Positions 44,262-54,007 of a stretch of DNA of 64,000 nt are shown here, piece by piece. The DNA lies in sequence record OR258281.1; one strand, written 5' to 3'. Position 1 is the first letter of the stretch, and every line of letters begins with the position of its first letter. Position numbers and translations under genes: made by a program. Below the pieces are notes generated by a model. The model did no database searches. It was not told where the DNA came from and saw nothing but the letters and a program-made list of their open reading frames with translations.

Positions 44262-47200
44262 TTAATCTAATTTTTCTACAACCATTGTAAAACCTTGATA
44301 AGTATTGAGTATTGAACTAGACATATATGAACAGCATATGTTTTGTCCTGCGGCAACACTTACAATTTCGCAAAAAGAAACGTTACTAATTGTATTGACA
44401 GATAATGCATCGATGCGGTATGCTGCACCACTTATTGAAGTTCCTGCACCTAAACCTACACCAAACTGATGACCACCGTTAATCAAACCGGCAGTTATCA
44501 TCGCAGTACAAGTTACTTTATATAATCCAGCAACTGCAACACTGACTCCAGTTGTATTACCAGTATATAACGAGGTATTACCGGTTACTGTCATTGCAGA
44601 GTTAGCGGTCATTGGACCAAATGCAAGTAATGATGCTTTGTTTACAGTATTATAACAGCTTACACGAGCAGCGTTATTCACACCACCCCAAGTACCATTA
44701 GCCTTAAGCATATGGTTGTGACTGTCAGCAATAGATGGTGCAGGTACTAAGCCAATTGACCCTGCTGCACTTGAAGTACTTCCAGTAAAGGTTCCACTGA
44801 ATGTATCAAGTTTAGATTTATCTGCTGCACTCATCAAACCAGATGTAGTGCTATTAGCATTATACATAGCAGTCTGTGGTTGCCAGATTGCAGTATTAGT
44901 GCCGTTAGCTATAAGGATATGTCCTGCTACTGGTGAACCACTGACGCTTATACCGTTGATTCTAGACACTACTGGAGCGGTTGCAGTACCACTTAGATCT
45001 CCAGATAAAGTAATGTTACCTGATGTGGTTGTGGTGGCTGGAACGTTAGTTACAATATTACCTGAACCTAGTAAACTTGTACCATTGATGCTTTTTATAT
45101 TAGTACCAGATATCAAAGTACTTTGCTTAGTATCAATCTGAGAACTTAATATAACACCTTGATTGGCACTTAATGGTCTTGAACTTGAAACGGTAGTTAA
45201 ATTATCAACAATATCTGAAATATTAACTTTATTAGACAAAATTACACTAATAACCGCACCCTGATTAGCACTCAATGGCTTATTTGGGTTTGTACTGGTT
45301 AAACTATCAATAATATCTGAAGTATTAACTTTTGTTCCAATTAATGTATTAAGAACCGTACCTTGTCTAGCACTAAGAGGGAAGATAATACTGGTACTTG
45401 TTAATGAATCAACAATATCAGCAGTATTAATCTTAGTACCGATTTTATCATTAAGAACTTTACCTTGATTTGCACTGAGTGCCTGATTGGTAGTTGTAAG
45501 TGTTACACTATCAATAATATCACTTACATTCAGCTTAGCTTGTACTTGATTGTTAAGAATCCTACCTTGATTTGCACTAAGTGGAGCACTAATTGATATA
45601 CTTGTCAGGTTATCAGTAACATCCGATATATTAACTTTGTTACTTAACGCAGTATTAATAACACTACCCTGATTAGCACTCAAAGGAGCAACAGTACTGG
45701 TACTTGTTAAAGAATCAACAATATCAGCAGTGTTAATCTTTGTATTAATTGAAGCTTGAAGTATTTTACCTTGTTTAGCACTTAGTGGAACCGTTGAATT
45801 TGAGCTTAACAGGTTATCAACAATATCTGAAGTACTAACTTTAGTGCTAATTAAACCGTTTAGAACGTTACCCTGATGTGCACTCAATGCTTTATTTGTA
45901 CTTACATCAATAAGGTTATCTACAACATCAGAAATATTAAGCTTAGTTCCTACCATTGAGCTTAAGATATATCCCTGATTTGCACTTAGAACCGAAGATC
46001 CCGATGTACTGGTAAGATTATCAACAATACTACTTGTTCCGATCTTCTGATCAAGTAAATTGCCGATTATGTAACCTTGATTAGCACTAAGAGCTTTTGA
46101 TGGTGAAGTATTCAATAAGCTATCAACAACATCAGTACTATTAAGTTTTAACTGAATATTAGAGCTTAATACTCTACCTTGATTGGCACTTAATGGCACA
46201 GATGTGCTTGTACTATTAAGATTATCAACTATATCATCAGAATTAGACTTATTAGCAATTAGTCCAGCTAAAATACGACCCTGATTTGCACTTAAAGGTT
46301 TGTTTGCACTATTATCAGATAAGTTATCCACAATATCAGATGTGCTTGCTTTAGTTGCAATCAAATCATTAAGTAAAGTACCCTGATTTGCACTTAGTGG
46401 TAAAACCCCTGAAGTACTGCCAATTGTATCAACAACATCAAGTGGAGTAATTACAGATTTGTATGTTCCGTCACCAAAGAATGCTTTGTTGTTATCACCA
46501 GCTTTAGGAGAAGGTACGTTTCCTGCAATCCCCGGTGAAGTTAAAGTACTTCCTACCATAATAGCAGTAGCTTGTGGTATTAGCGTAAAATTATTAAGAT
46601 TAGTTGGGGTACTTGGGGTATCAGTATTACAAAATAGTTCATCACCTGCATTATAAGTCTGACTACCAATTTTACCAGAAGCATTTGCTTTCCAAAAGTC
46701 ACCGCGAACTGAACCAGCTAATGCGGTTAGTGTATTCGGCAGAATGCCTCTGAAAGAACCTTTCTGTAGAGTATTGAAGTTTTTAAGCTTAGTAACATCA
46801 ATATTTGCAACATCAGCAGTAATATTAAATGTGTTATCAAATGCTAAACCAGTACCAATACTTACTGAAACTTTACCTTGTGAGTCAACATTTAAACCAT
46901 TGTGTGGTATAATAGTACCAGCAACAGTTGACGTGGCTAGTGGATTTATATTTGTTTCAATACTAAAGTAATCAGTTGAATTAATGGTTGTGACTGTACC
47001 GGTAGTCCTAGTACAAACTATTTTATCACCAATATTAAAGCTAATCCCATCAAGTACACCAGCAGTTTCTGCTTTCCAGTATGAATTTCTTACTGCATTA
47101 TTAAATTGTGATACACCTGCACCAAAATTAATAGAACCCATGAATGTACCATTCATTAATTGGTCTACGTTATTAAGCGAAAGCACATCTAAACGTTCAT

Positions 47201-48986
47201 TTTGAGGTAAATTACGTAAAGATTCAGCAATAACAGAAATATCATTTGTAGTAAGCACTTGATATTCGTCAAAATTTCTATATTTTAGTGAAATATACGG
47301 TTTCTGACCATTATTACTAAGTACTTTTACTGGAATGCCATCTGAATCTAGTACTTGATAGTGCATCGTATCGGTCTCATTGCTCCATAATGGGCAATCA
47401 AACTGAAATTCATATGATTCGCCAGAAGTCATAGAAACATTAGGTACTTTGTAGTCAATTAATGATGTATCAGTCGCTTCATTTGCTACTAAAATTCGTA
47501 TTTCACCGGTATAATCTTCGGCGGGAACCGCTGTAATAGAAAATACTGCTGAATTACTTGATGTATCATATTTTCCTTCAAAATCTACAGTATTTGGTCC
47601 AACTGAGCCATTTACTTCAAGATTATCCATTTCAGAATAAATCTTTGACATTGGTAAGCCAGCAACCGTACCATCATTACTTAGTTTTTGAAGAACAGGA
47701 GACAATGACATACCATTAGTTGTATTGACCCATGTTACGTTATTAATAAATGCAGCATTAAGTGTATCACCTAATGTTAAGAAATTTGTGTTGACTGCAT
47801 CAGTGCTAGATTCACCAACAGTCATGATATTACCACTTATAACAAGGTCAGTACTGTTTATAGTATTGACATTTATTTCAGCAGTTGTAATTGTGCCAGA
47901 ACTAACAATATTCCCGGTAGTAATTGAACCGGTAGTTGTAATAGTATCTGATTGTATGTCTTTGGTTGTTAAAGTTCCAGTACTGATGACGTCTTTTGCG
48001 TTGATCATTCTTGTACTGTTTATGACCTGACTATTAATAACGCCAGAACTGTGAAGATCCTTAGTTATAATGGCTTGGTCTGTTGTAATATTAGAAGCAC
48101 TCACCATTCCTGTGCTTGTAATATTTTTAGTTTTGATACTTTCTGTACTGTTTAAGGAATTTGTGGTTATTACTCCAGTGCTTACTAGACTAGAAGTATT
48201 GATGCCATTGGTGTTGTTAATAACATTAGACTCAATAGTATTAGAGCTTATGACTCCAGAACTACTAACATCCTTTGTAATAATACTGTTGTTATTATTA
48301 ATGGTATCAGAATTGATAGTACCTGTACTTGTAAGGTTCACTGCGTGAACTTCACTAGCTGTGGTAACATTTGATGTAATTGTACCAGTACTTACAACAT
48401 CTTTTGTTTTAATTCCATTCGTATTTGTTATAGTGTCAGAAGTAATCGTACCTGTACTAGATAGATCCTTCGTCTGAATGGTTTGTGAAGATATTGAACC
48501 TGTACTAGATAAATCCTTGGTGTTAATCACATTAGAATTAATCATTGTATCGGAGGTAATAGTTCCTGTACTGACTAAATCCGTAGTGTTAATTTTATTT
48601 GAAGTGACACTAACAGTACTTACTAAGTCTTTAGTGTTAATTTTATTAGAATTTATAATATGGTCAGAGGATATTGTACCTGTACTCGTTAAATCAGTGG
48701 TACTTATTTTTGTAGTACTAATATCTTCCGTATTTACTTTATTGAATGTGGCCTCAGTGTTATCTGAACCAATCAAGTCACCATCAACATTTATATTACC
48801 AGATATTGCTATAGTGGAGGCAGAAATATCCTGCCCCACGTCAACCTTAGTAAATGTTGCATTGGTAAAACTTGCATCACCAGTAGCAGTGATGTTATTA
48901 TCTATCACCGCATTACCCTGTACTTTCATATCCTGTTGTACAGTGGTTGTTCCTTGAATGCTTACATCAGTTTTTATAGAATGCAT
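44262..48986 (-). CDS. Long tail fibre-like protein (1574 aa)
   Basis: N-terminal STGTITS repeats, a central domain, 13 LSANQG repeats and TNIKSINGTSLLGSGNI. Confidence 0.7.
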   Translation of the reverse strand: MHSIKTDVSIQGTTTVQQDMKVQGNAVIDNNITATGDASFTNATFTKVDVGQDISASTIAISGNINVDGDLIGSDNTEATFNKVNTEDISTTKISTTDLTSTGTISSDHIINSNKINTKDLVSTVSVTSNKINTTDLVSTGTITSDTMINSNVINTKDLSSTGSISSQTIQTKDLSSTGTITSDTITNTNGIKTKDVVSTGTITSNVTTASEVHAVNLTSTGTINSDTINNNNSIITKDVSSSGVISSNTIESNVINNTNGINTSSLVSTGVITTNSLNSTESIKTKNITSTGMVSASNITTDQAIITKDLHSSGVINSQVINSTRMINAKDVISTGTLTTKDIQSDTITTTGSITTGNIVSSGTITTAEINVNTINSTDLVISGNIMTVGESSTDAVNTNFLTLGDTLNAAFINNVTWVNTTNGMSLSPVLQKLSNDGTVAGLPMSKIYSEMDNLEVNGSVGPNTVDFEGKYDTSSNSAVFSITAVPAEDYTGEIRILVANEATDTSLIDYKVPNVSMTSGESYEFQFDCPLWSNETDTMHYQVLDSDGIPVKVLSNNGQKPYISLKYRNFDEYQVLTTNDISVIAESLRNLPQNERLDVLSLNNVDQLMNGTFMGSINFGAGVSQFNNAVRNSYWKAETAGVLDGISFNIGDKIVCTRTTGTVTTINSTDYFSIETNINPLATSTVAGTIIPHNGLNVDSQGKVSVSIGTGLAFDNTFNITADVANIDVTKLKNFNTLQKGSFRGILPNTLTALAGSVRGDFWKANASGKIGSQTYNAGDELFCNTDTPSTPTNLNNFTLIPQATAIMVGSTLTSPGIAGNVPSPKAGDNNKAFFGDGTYKSVITPLDVVDTIGSTSGVLPLSANQGTLLNDLIATKASTSDIVDNLSDNSANKPLSANQGRILAGLIANKSNSDDIVDNLNSTSTSVPLSANQGRVLSSNIQLKLNSTDVVDSLLNTSPSKALSANQGYIIGNLLDQKIGTSSIVDNLTSTSGSSVLSANQGYILSSMVGTKLNISDVVDNLIDVSTNKALSAHQGNVLNGLISTKVSTSDIVDNLLSSNSTVPLSAKQGKILQASINTKINTADIVDSLTSTSTVAPLSANQGSVINTALSNKVNISDVTDNLTSISISAPLSANQGRILNNQVQAKLNVSDIIDSVTLTTTNQALSANQGKVLNDKIGTKINTADIVDSLTSTSIIFPLSARQGTVLNTLIGTKVNTSDIIDSLTSTNPNKPLSANQGAVISVILSNKVNISDIVDNLTTVSSSRPLSANQGVILSSQIDTKQSTLISGTNIKSINGTSLLGSGNIVTNVPATTTTSGNITLSGDLSGTATAPVVSRINGISVSGSPVAGHILIANGTNTAIWQPQTAMYNANSTTSGLMSAADKSKLDTFSGTFTGSTSSAAGSIGLVPAPSIADSHNHMLKANGTWGGVNNAARVSCYNTVNKASLLAFGPMTANSAMTVTGNTSLYTGNTTGVSVAVAGLYKVTCTAMITAGLINGGHQFGVGLGAGTSISGAAYRIDALSVNTISNVSFCEIVSVAAGQNICCSYMSSSILNTYQGFTMVVEKLD
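45126..46436 (-). repeat. 13 tandem 34-aa (102-bp) IVDxLxSTSxxxPLSANQGxxL repeats
   Basis: Counted in the provided translation. Confidence 0.9.
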
Positions 48987-49000
48987 TTACTATCTCTCCA

Positions 49001-49873
49001 TTATTTGCCGCTTATTACAACTTTTCCACTAAAAGTAATATTACTTTTCAAGGTAATATTTCCAGAAGTATCAATAGCAGTTTCTAGGCCAACAATGATA
49101 AATGGTGAAGCACTTGAATTTCCGTCAACTGTATTTTGATATACTGTGATGAATAACGGCCCTGTTGCCTGATTATGAGTACTTGCAGGAATACTGAACT
49201 CATAATGATCACCTACGGTACTCCAATCTGACTTATTAATTGGATTACTATATGGGGTACTCATTGTGGTTGCTCCTATGATAAGAATATTAACACTTGA
49301 TGTTGGCTGGACGTTGGTACTTACAGTTATATTACCGAATCCATCAACAACTACATCATCCATATTAACTGAACCATCAACATCTTGTAGCTGAACAACA
49401 ATGTTATCACCACGTTCGTGTGTAGTTGCAGATAATTGGTACTTATATACAGAATTACTTAAAGTCCAATCACTAGGTTTAACTGTATATGTACTTACAT
49501 AATCAGAATCCTGTGTTGGTGGGGTAGTACTATAAGGTTTCCATATACCTTCGTCTTTGAAATAAATTCCAAGAATACTTGTTGCATCAATTTTGAAATA
49601 CACATTAGAATCTTCGCCTAAACTTGGCAGCGGGGTATCAATTCCATGAAGAATTGTACTATTACCGCCACCGCTCCCATTATGAGAGTTAAAATAAGCT
49701 AAGTTAACCGCGTGTGTATCGTCAGTTGGGGTTGCAACACTGATAGGTACTAAATCACTTTCGGTATAGTTCATTAGGCGTAAAGCACCGTTTTGGAAAA
49801 CAAGCTTCGCACCACCTTTACCTATAACGAATGACTTTTTCATGGTTCCTTCTAAATTAGAAAAAACTGCCAT
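49001..49873 (-). CDS. Virion structural protein with duplicated SDW beta-domains
   Basis: VATPTDDTHAVNLAY fibre-type motif; two SDW...Y...I/L..STH repeats. Confidence 0.65.
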   Translation of the reverse strand: MAVFSNLEGTMKKSFVIGKGGAKLVFQNGALRLMNYTESDLVPISVATPTDDTHAVNLAYFNSHNGSGGGNSTILHGIDTPLPSLGEDSNVYFKIDATSILGIYFKDEGIWKPYSTTPPTQDSDYVSTYTVKPSDWTLSNSVYKYQLSATTHERGDNIVVQLQDVDGSVNMDDVVVDGFGNITVSTNVQPTSSVNILIIGATTMSTPYSNPINKSDWSTVGDHYEFSIPASTHNQATGPLFITVYQNTVDGNSSASPFIIVGLETAIDTSGNITLKSNITFSGKVVISGK

Positions 49874-49905
49874 CGATACATCTCCTAAAAAGGTTTCGTT
49901 TGATG

Positions 49906-49912
49906 TATTTAT
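49906..49912 (-). promoter_or_regulatory. Late promoter motif ATAAATA
   Basis: Divergent pair with 49948-49954. Confidence 0.6.
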
Positions 49913-49947
49913 TCCATATTAGGCGTAAAATACCATGTAAAATAGAC

Positions 49948-49954
49948 ATAAATA
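49948..49954 (+). promoter_or_regulatory. Late promoter motif ATAAATA
   Basis: 28 nt upstream of the ART-like gene. Confidence 0.6.
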
Positions 49955-49982
49955 TTATATAATTTTCAAAGGAATATAGAAT

Positions 49983-50576
49983 ATGAAGACATTAGGCGAA
50001 ATGGCAAGATCTATTGGATCAGTTATTGTTGAAGGTAATATTGGTACGTTCTATCATGGAAGTACTCATAAAATCAGTACATTTAATGATGAGTTTGTTG
50101 GTTCAGGTAATGATCAACTAGGTCCGGGGATTTATTTCAGTTCAAGTCTGAAAGATGCCCTTGGTTATTCAGATAATAATGGATATATCTATGAAGTGCA
50201 GATTAACTTACGAAATGACTTAGATATGAAATCTAAGGTTAATCCACGATTAGTAAAAGCACTTATTCAAGCATCACCTGACGATTATGCATGGCAGAAT
50301 TGGTCCGAAAATAAGAAGCAAGGTATCGAATTAGGTTACCGAAATACTCTTGAAATTTCTGATAATATGCTTGAAGCAATTGATAACATCAATGGTGATT
50401 GGTACAGACAATATGAGAAAGATTTTGTACGACAGCTTACAAAATTAGGATTTGACGGTAGTATTCATCGAAATGTTAATGGGTCCGATAGTACTTGGGT
50501 TGTTGTTTATAATCCACAAGCTATTACCCTAGTTAAAGTACATTTAGCAAGTAATTTGATTAAAAATGGAGCCTGA
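49983..50576 (+). CDS. ADP-ribosyltransferase-like protein (ART-PolyVal type)
   Basis: FYHGS, GPGIYFS, ALGY, GYIYEV, GFDG and VVYNP follow the ART-PolyVal pattern. Confidence 0.6.
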   Translation: MKTLGEMARSIGSVIVEGNIGTFYHGSTHKISTFNDEFVGSGNDQLGPGIYFSSSLKDALGYSDNNGYIYEVQINLRNDLDMKSKVNPRLVKALIQASPDDYAWQNWSENKKQGIELGYRNTLEISDNMLEAIDNINGDWYRQYEKDFVRQLTKLGFDGSIHRNVNGSDSTWVVVYNPQAITLVKVHLASNLIKNGA

Positions 50577-50590
50577 TGGCTCCATTTTTA
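50562..50590. terminator. Bidirectional terminator
   Basis: aaaaatggagcc-tgat-ggctccattttt, overlapping the ART stop. Confidence 0.8.
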
Positions 50591-51661
50591 TTAGATAGGA
50601 ATATTAGAGGTAGGAAGTTGTTTACCAATGGTTACTTTGATCTTTACGATACCAGTATCACTGTTGAGAGGGGCATAATCAAAAACTGCACTTACGATTT
50701 CATCTTTAGTACTTGGTTCATGATTAATTTCATTTACGATGTAACGACTTTGACGATTCAGATCAAAATAATCTTTTTCAGCAATAATAACTGAACCAGT
50801 ATCATCTTGTACTGTACCACCAAATCGAATTTCCATATCTACTACATTGGTATTAAGTGGAGTTGCAATATTAACATCAATATTGGTAACCACATAACCT
50901 TCAGGACAAGTACCAATTACAATAAGGGTATTTGCTAGACTGAAATCAACAGTGTTTGATATGATATACTCAGCCGCTGGACCAACTGGACCTTGAATAC
51001 CAACACCCTGTGGACCAGTGAACTGATCACCAGCACTCCATAGTAAAGCACCAGTACCATCTTCATATACGTAATATAATTTGCCTTCATCAGTCTTAAG
51101 GAAAGTATATCCATCATACAGGCCCGTAGTTGCTGGTAATGTAGTACCACGATCATTAATACGGAATTGACCCTGTTCTCCACGGTCACCCTTCCATTGA
51201 TAACCAGTACTCCACTGTAAAGAAACCTGTTTAATATAAACCATACCAGTATCGGTATTAAGGAAAGTATATCCTACTTCTAATCCTTGTGGATCTGGAA
51301 GAGTTGTCCCACTTCCATCGATATTGAATGGGTCACCTTTATCGCCCTTGCCATATTCGGCACTAACCCAAGTAACAGGAGAAACACCAGGTAAAGAGGT
51401 TTTGAAATACAATGTAACTACACCATTAGCATAACTCTGGTATACAAAACCTTGTGGTTCTGCAACGTACATAGTACCATCTGGAATTAAATTCCCTTGT
51501 GCATCAGGTTTAAAGTCTTTACCATCAGCACCAACTACTTTACCAATAATTTCAGCGGTATCATCACTATATGTGACTACTAAATTACCGTCAGAATCAA
51601 TCTTTGCAGATTTAATACTCTTGTTACTTGAACAGGTAGAGCTATTGAATGAAATAGCCAT
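50591..51661 (-). CDS. Virion structural protein with short collagen-like and duplicated GTTLP modules
   Basis: GKGDKGDP, GDRGEQGQ and GPQGVGIQGPVGP; two GTTLP..G....YTFL.TD.G..Y repeats. Confidence 0.65.
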   Translation of the reverse strand: MAISFNSSTCSSNKSIKSAKIDSDGNLVVTYSDDTAEIIGKVVGADGKDFKPDAQGNLIPDGTMYVAEPQGFVYQSYANGVVTLYFKTSLPGVSPVTWVSAEYGKGDKGDPFNIDGSGTTLPDPQGLEVGYTFLNTDTGMVYIKQVSLQWSTGYQWKGDRGEQGQFRINDRGTTLPATTGLYDGYTFLKTDEGKLYYVYEDGTGALLWSAGDQFTGPQGVGIQGPVGPAAEYIISNTVDFSLANTLIVIGTCPEGYVVTNIDVNIATPLNTNVVDMEIRFGGTVQDDTGSVIIAEKDYFDLNRQSRYIVNEINHEPSTKDEIVSAVFDYAPLNSDTGIVKIKVTIGKQLPTSNIPI

Positions 51662-51694
51662 ATTTATTTTTCTCCTAAAATGTTCAATTTAAGG

Positions 51695-51701
51695 TATTTA
51701 T
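51695..51701 (-). promoter_or_regulatory. Late promoter motif ATAAATA
   Basis: TATTTAT on the + strand, upstream of the minus-strand start. Confidence 0.6.
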
Positions 51702-51724
51702 CTGGTATTCTGTACAGACGGACT

Positions 51725-51758
51725 CCTTCTATAAATAATATAAAGTTCAAATAGAAGG
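51725..51758 (+). promoter_or_regulatory. Late promoter TATAAATA inside an SD-sequestering hairpin
   Basis: CCTTCTAT (51725-51732) pairs with ATAGAAGG (51751-51758); TATAAATA at 51730-51737. Confidence 0.7.
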
Positions 51759-51768
51759 GACTATTAAA

Positions 51769-52266
51769 ATGGGATTAAGATCTAAAAATTTCATCTTTCG
51801 TCGTAAAAACAAAGATGGACAATATCTAGATTATCAGGAAAGTGACACATTCTACGTTACTAATCCTGATTATCAATGGAATGAAAAATCAGTAAGTCTA
51901 CCAGCAGGTGGATATTACGGAAGTACTACTGGTCTTCACACTCTGAGTTTCACATTACGTAATTTCGTCGGTCGTATTTCAGTACAAGCAACTCTTGCCT
52001 CTATACCAACGGAAGAAGATTGGTTTAATATCCAGTTCGGTGATAAAGAAGATTATGTAGAAATAACACCTGAACAGATTTATGATATGTATAACTCTGA
52101 ACGTGTAATTTATGCATACGGAAGTACGGGAACATTTTCAAAAACAGTAATTGGCAATTTTACATATCTGAGAATTGTTATTTCACGTGATTATATTAGT
52201 ACAGAACCTACTGATTACCAAAAACAAAGTGTTGGTAAATTAGAAGAAGTACTTATCAACTATTAA
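51769..52266 (+). CDS. Virion structural protein (hypothetical)
   Basis: 165-aa ORF after a late promoter; beta-sandwich-like. Confidence 0.6.
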   Translation: MGLRSKNFIFRRKNKDGQYLDYQESDTFYVTNPDYQWNEKSVSLPAGGYYGSTTGLHTLSFTLRNFVGRISVQATLASIPTEEDWFNIQFGDKEDYVEITPEQIYDMYNSERVIYAYGSTGTFSKTVIGNFTYLRIVISRDYISTEPTDYQKQSVGKLEEVLINY

Positions 52267-52278
52267 GGGATTAAACGA

Positions 52279-52887
52279 ATGAGTAATTTAAATGAAGCAC
52301 CACGTCTTCATGTAGAAGGACATGTACTGATTCAGGATATTACTGATCCTAACAACATTTCTGTTGTACTGGATAAAAAGAACGCAATCCATCCAGAAAA
52401 TATGTCATTTGCTATTGCCAACTCTCTTGCAGCACTTACAGACAATCAGGGCAAAAGTATTGGTGCTATTTCAGAAATGCGTTTCGGTAATGGCGGTACT
52501 GTAGTACTTAGTACTGGTCGTGTACAATATAAAAAGCCACGTGTTAGTTCATTAGGTGGTTTATATTCTGAAACTTATACTAAACAGATCAATGCTAATG
52601 TAAACAGTGGTGTTGAGGGTGAATATAATAGTGTTAGTACTGTACATATTCCTGGTCAGGTTTATTCTGACATTGTTTGTTTGTGTACTTTAGGTTTAGG
52701 TGAACCGTCTGACCAGAACGTTAGTAGTACTACTGACATGGAAGGTAAGTATGTATTTGATGAGCTTGCTCTTTATACTGATGGTGATAGTGGTATTGCA
52801 TTAACACATATTATTTTCCATCCAGTAGAAAAAAGTGCAAACCGTGTACTCCAAGTCAAATACAGTATCCGAATTCAGTTACAATAA
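52279..52887 (+). CDS. Virion structural protein, baseplate or fibre-attachment-like
   Basis: KKNAIH...FDELAL...LTHIIFHPVEKSANR pattern of fibre-attachment domains. Confidence 0.6.
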   Translation: MSNLNEAPRLHVEGHVLIQDITDPNNISVVLDKKNAIHPENMSFAIANSLAALTDNQGKSIGAISEMRFGNGGTVVLSTGRVQYKKPRVSSLGGLYSETYTKQINANVNSGVEGEYNSVSTVHIPGQVYSDIVCLCTLGLGEPSDQNVSSTTDMEGKYVFDELALYTDGDSGIALTHIIFHPVEKSANRVLQVKYSIRIQLQ

Positions 52888-52897
52888 GGAATAGATA

Positions 52898-54007
52898 ATG
52901 GATTACAGTATTAAAAGAAGTAATGGTAAGTTATTCGCTACCATTCCATCAAACGTAGTACTTGGCCCTAAAACAAGTGCATCACAGCCTACACCAATTA
53001 ATTTGGTAGGTAAGAATAAAGTATCTTATGGTCAGTACTTGAATGAAAACAGCTTATGGCTTGCGGAGAACTTTGCTGGCCCTACTGCACCAACTGGTAA
53101 CGTACCCGGTCAGTTATGGTACAATTCAAATAATGGTACTGGTCAGCTATTAATTTCATTAGTAGATGGTGCTCCACAGCCAGACAATTCAGATCCTACT
53201 ACTGAATCTAAATGGGCCAGTGTACCAATGATTTCATTGTTCAATACTGTACCCGATGCTGAAAGTTCATTAATGGGTCGTATGATTTTAACCAACAGTG
53301 CTGATTCACTAATGGTACTGATGAAGAACAAAGAATGGCGTGAAATCCAGACTACTCGTCCAGTTAATAAGCAGTATGAATCTTTACTTGATATTAACTA
53401 CGATACTGGTAAACAATATATCGCATTCGACCAAAGTCAGAGTAATAAAACTATTGCATTCTTTAATGATGGTGGTGGTATCACTACCAGTACTGATGGT
53501 TTTACTGTATTCCAAGATGGTAACGGTGTTCTACGATTTGGTAGTAATTATTTCTATGAAATGAACATTATGGTTCGTGTAGTACAAGATAGTAATGGTA
53601 CGGTAACTCCTAGTCCTGCTTCATATAAAACATGGAAAGTTACTGGTTCATTCTATGTAGATAATCAGGGTGCATTTACTGCGGGTACAACAACTGCTGT
53701 AGCTATCCCTGACCCTCGTAAGCTTGCTGGTTTAACCAGTATTACCAATACTTACGATCAGAGTGGTTCTACTACTGATAACTGGACAGTAAACGTTGCT
53801 ATTAATGGCGTGGATAGTACTTTACCGAATCAGTCAGGTACTACTGAAGCAGATTATAATGCGTTCGTAAACGGTGCACTGAATACTAAAAAACATTTAG
53901 GATTTAAGATAAACGGTTCAATTGCTGGATTAACTACTGGTCAGTCAGTACTAACACAATGGTCAGTACTGCTGAAATTGACGGGGATTCCACCTGTTGG
54001 TGTTTAA
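52898..54007 (+). CDS. Virion structural protein (tail or baseplate-associated)
   Basis: LVGKNKVSYGQYLNENSLWLAENFA...PTG...GQLWYN N-terminal motif. Confidence 0.6.
   Translation: MDYSIKRSNGKLFATIPSNVVLGPKTSASQPTPINLVGKNKVSYGQYLNENSLWLAENFAGPTAPTGNVPGQLWYNSNNGTGQLLISLVDGAPQPDNSDPTTESKWASVPMISLFNTVPDAESSLMGRMILTNSADSLMVLMKNKEWREIQTTRPVNKQYESLLDINYDTGKQYIAFDQSQSNKTIAFFNDGGGITTSTDGFTVFQDGNGVLRFGSNYFYEMNIMVRVVQDSNGTVTPSPASYKTWKVTGSFYVDNQGAFTAGTTTAVAIPDPRKLAGLTSITNTYDQSGSTTDNWTVNVAINGVDSTLPNQSGTTEADYNAFVNGALNTKKHLGFKINGSIAGLTTGQSVLTQWSVLLKLTGIPPVGV

Noticed and set aside
44848-49139. Several + strand ORFs inside the 1574-aa fibre gene
   Set aside because: Shadow ORFs generated by the repeats.
50576-50794. 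72-aa + strand ORF
   Set aside because: Starts inside a terminator and is antisense to the 356-aa structural gene.
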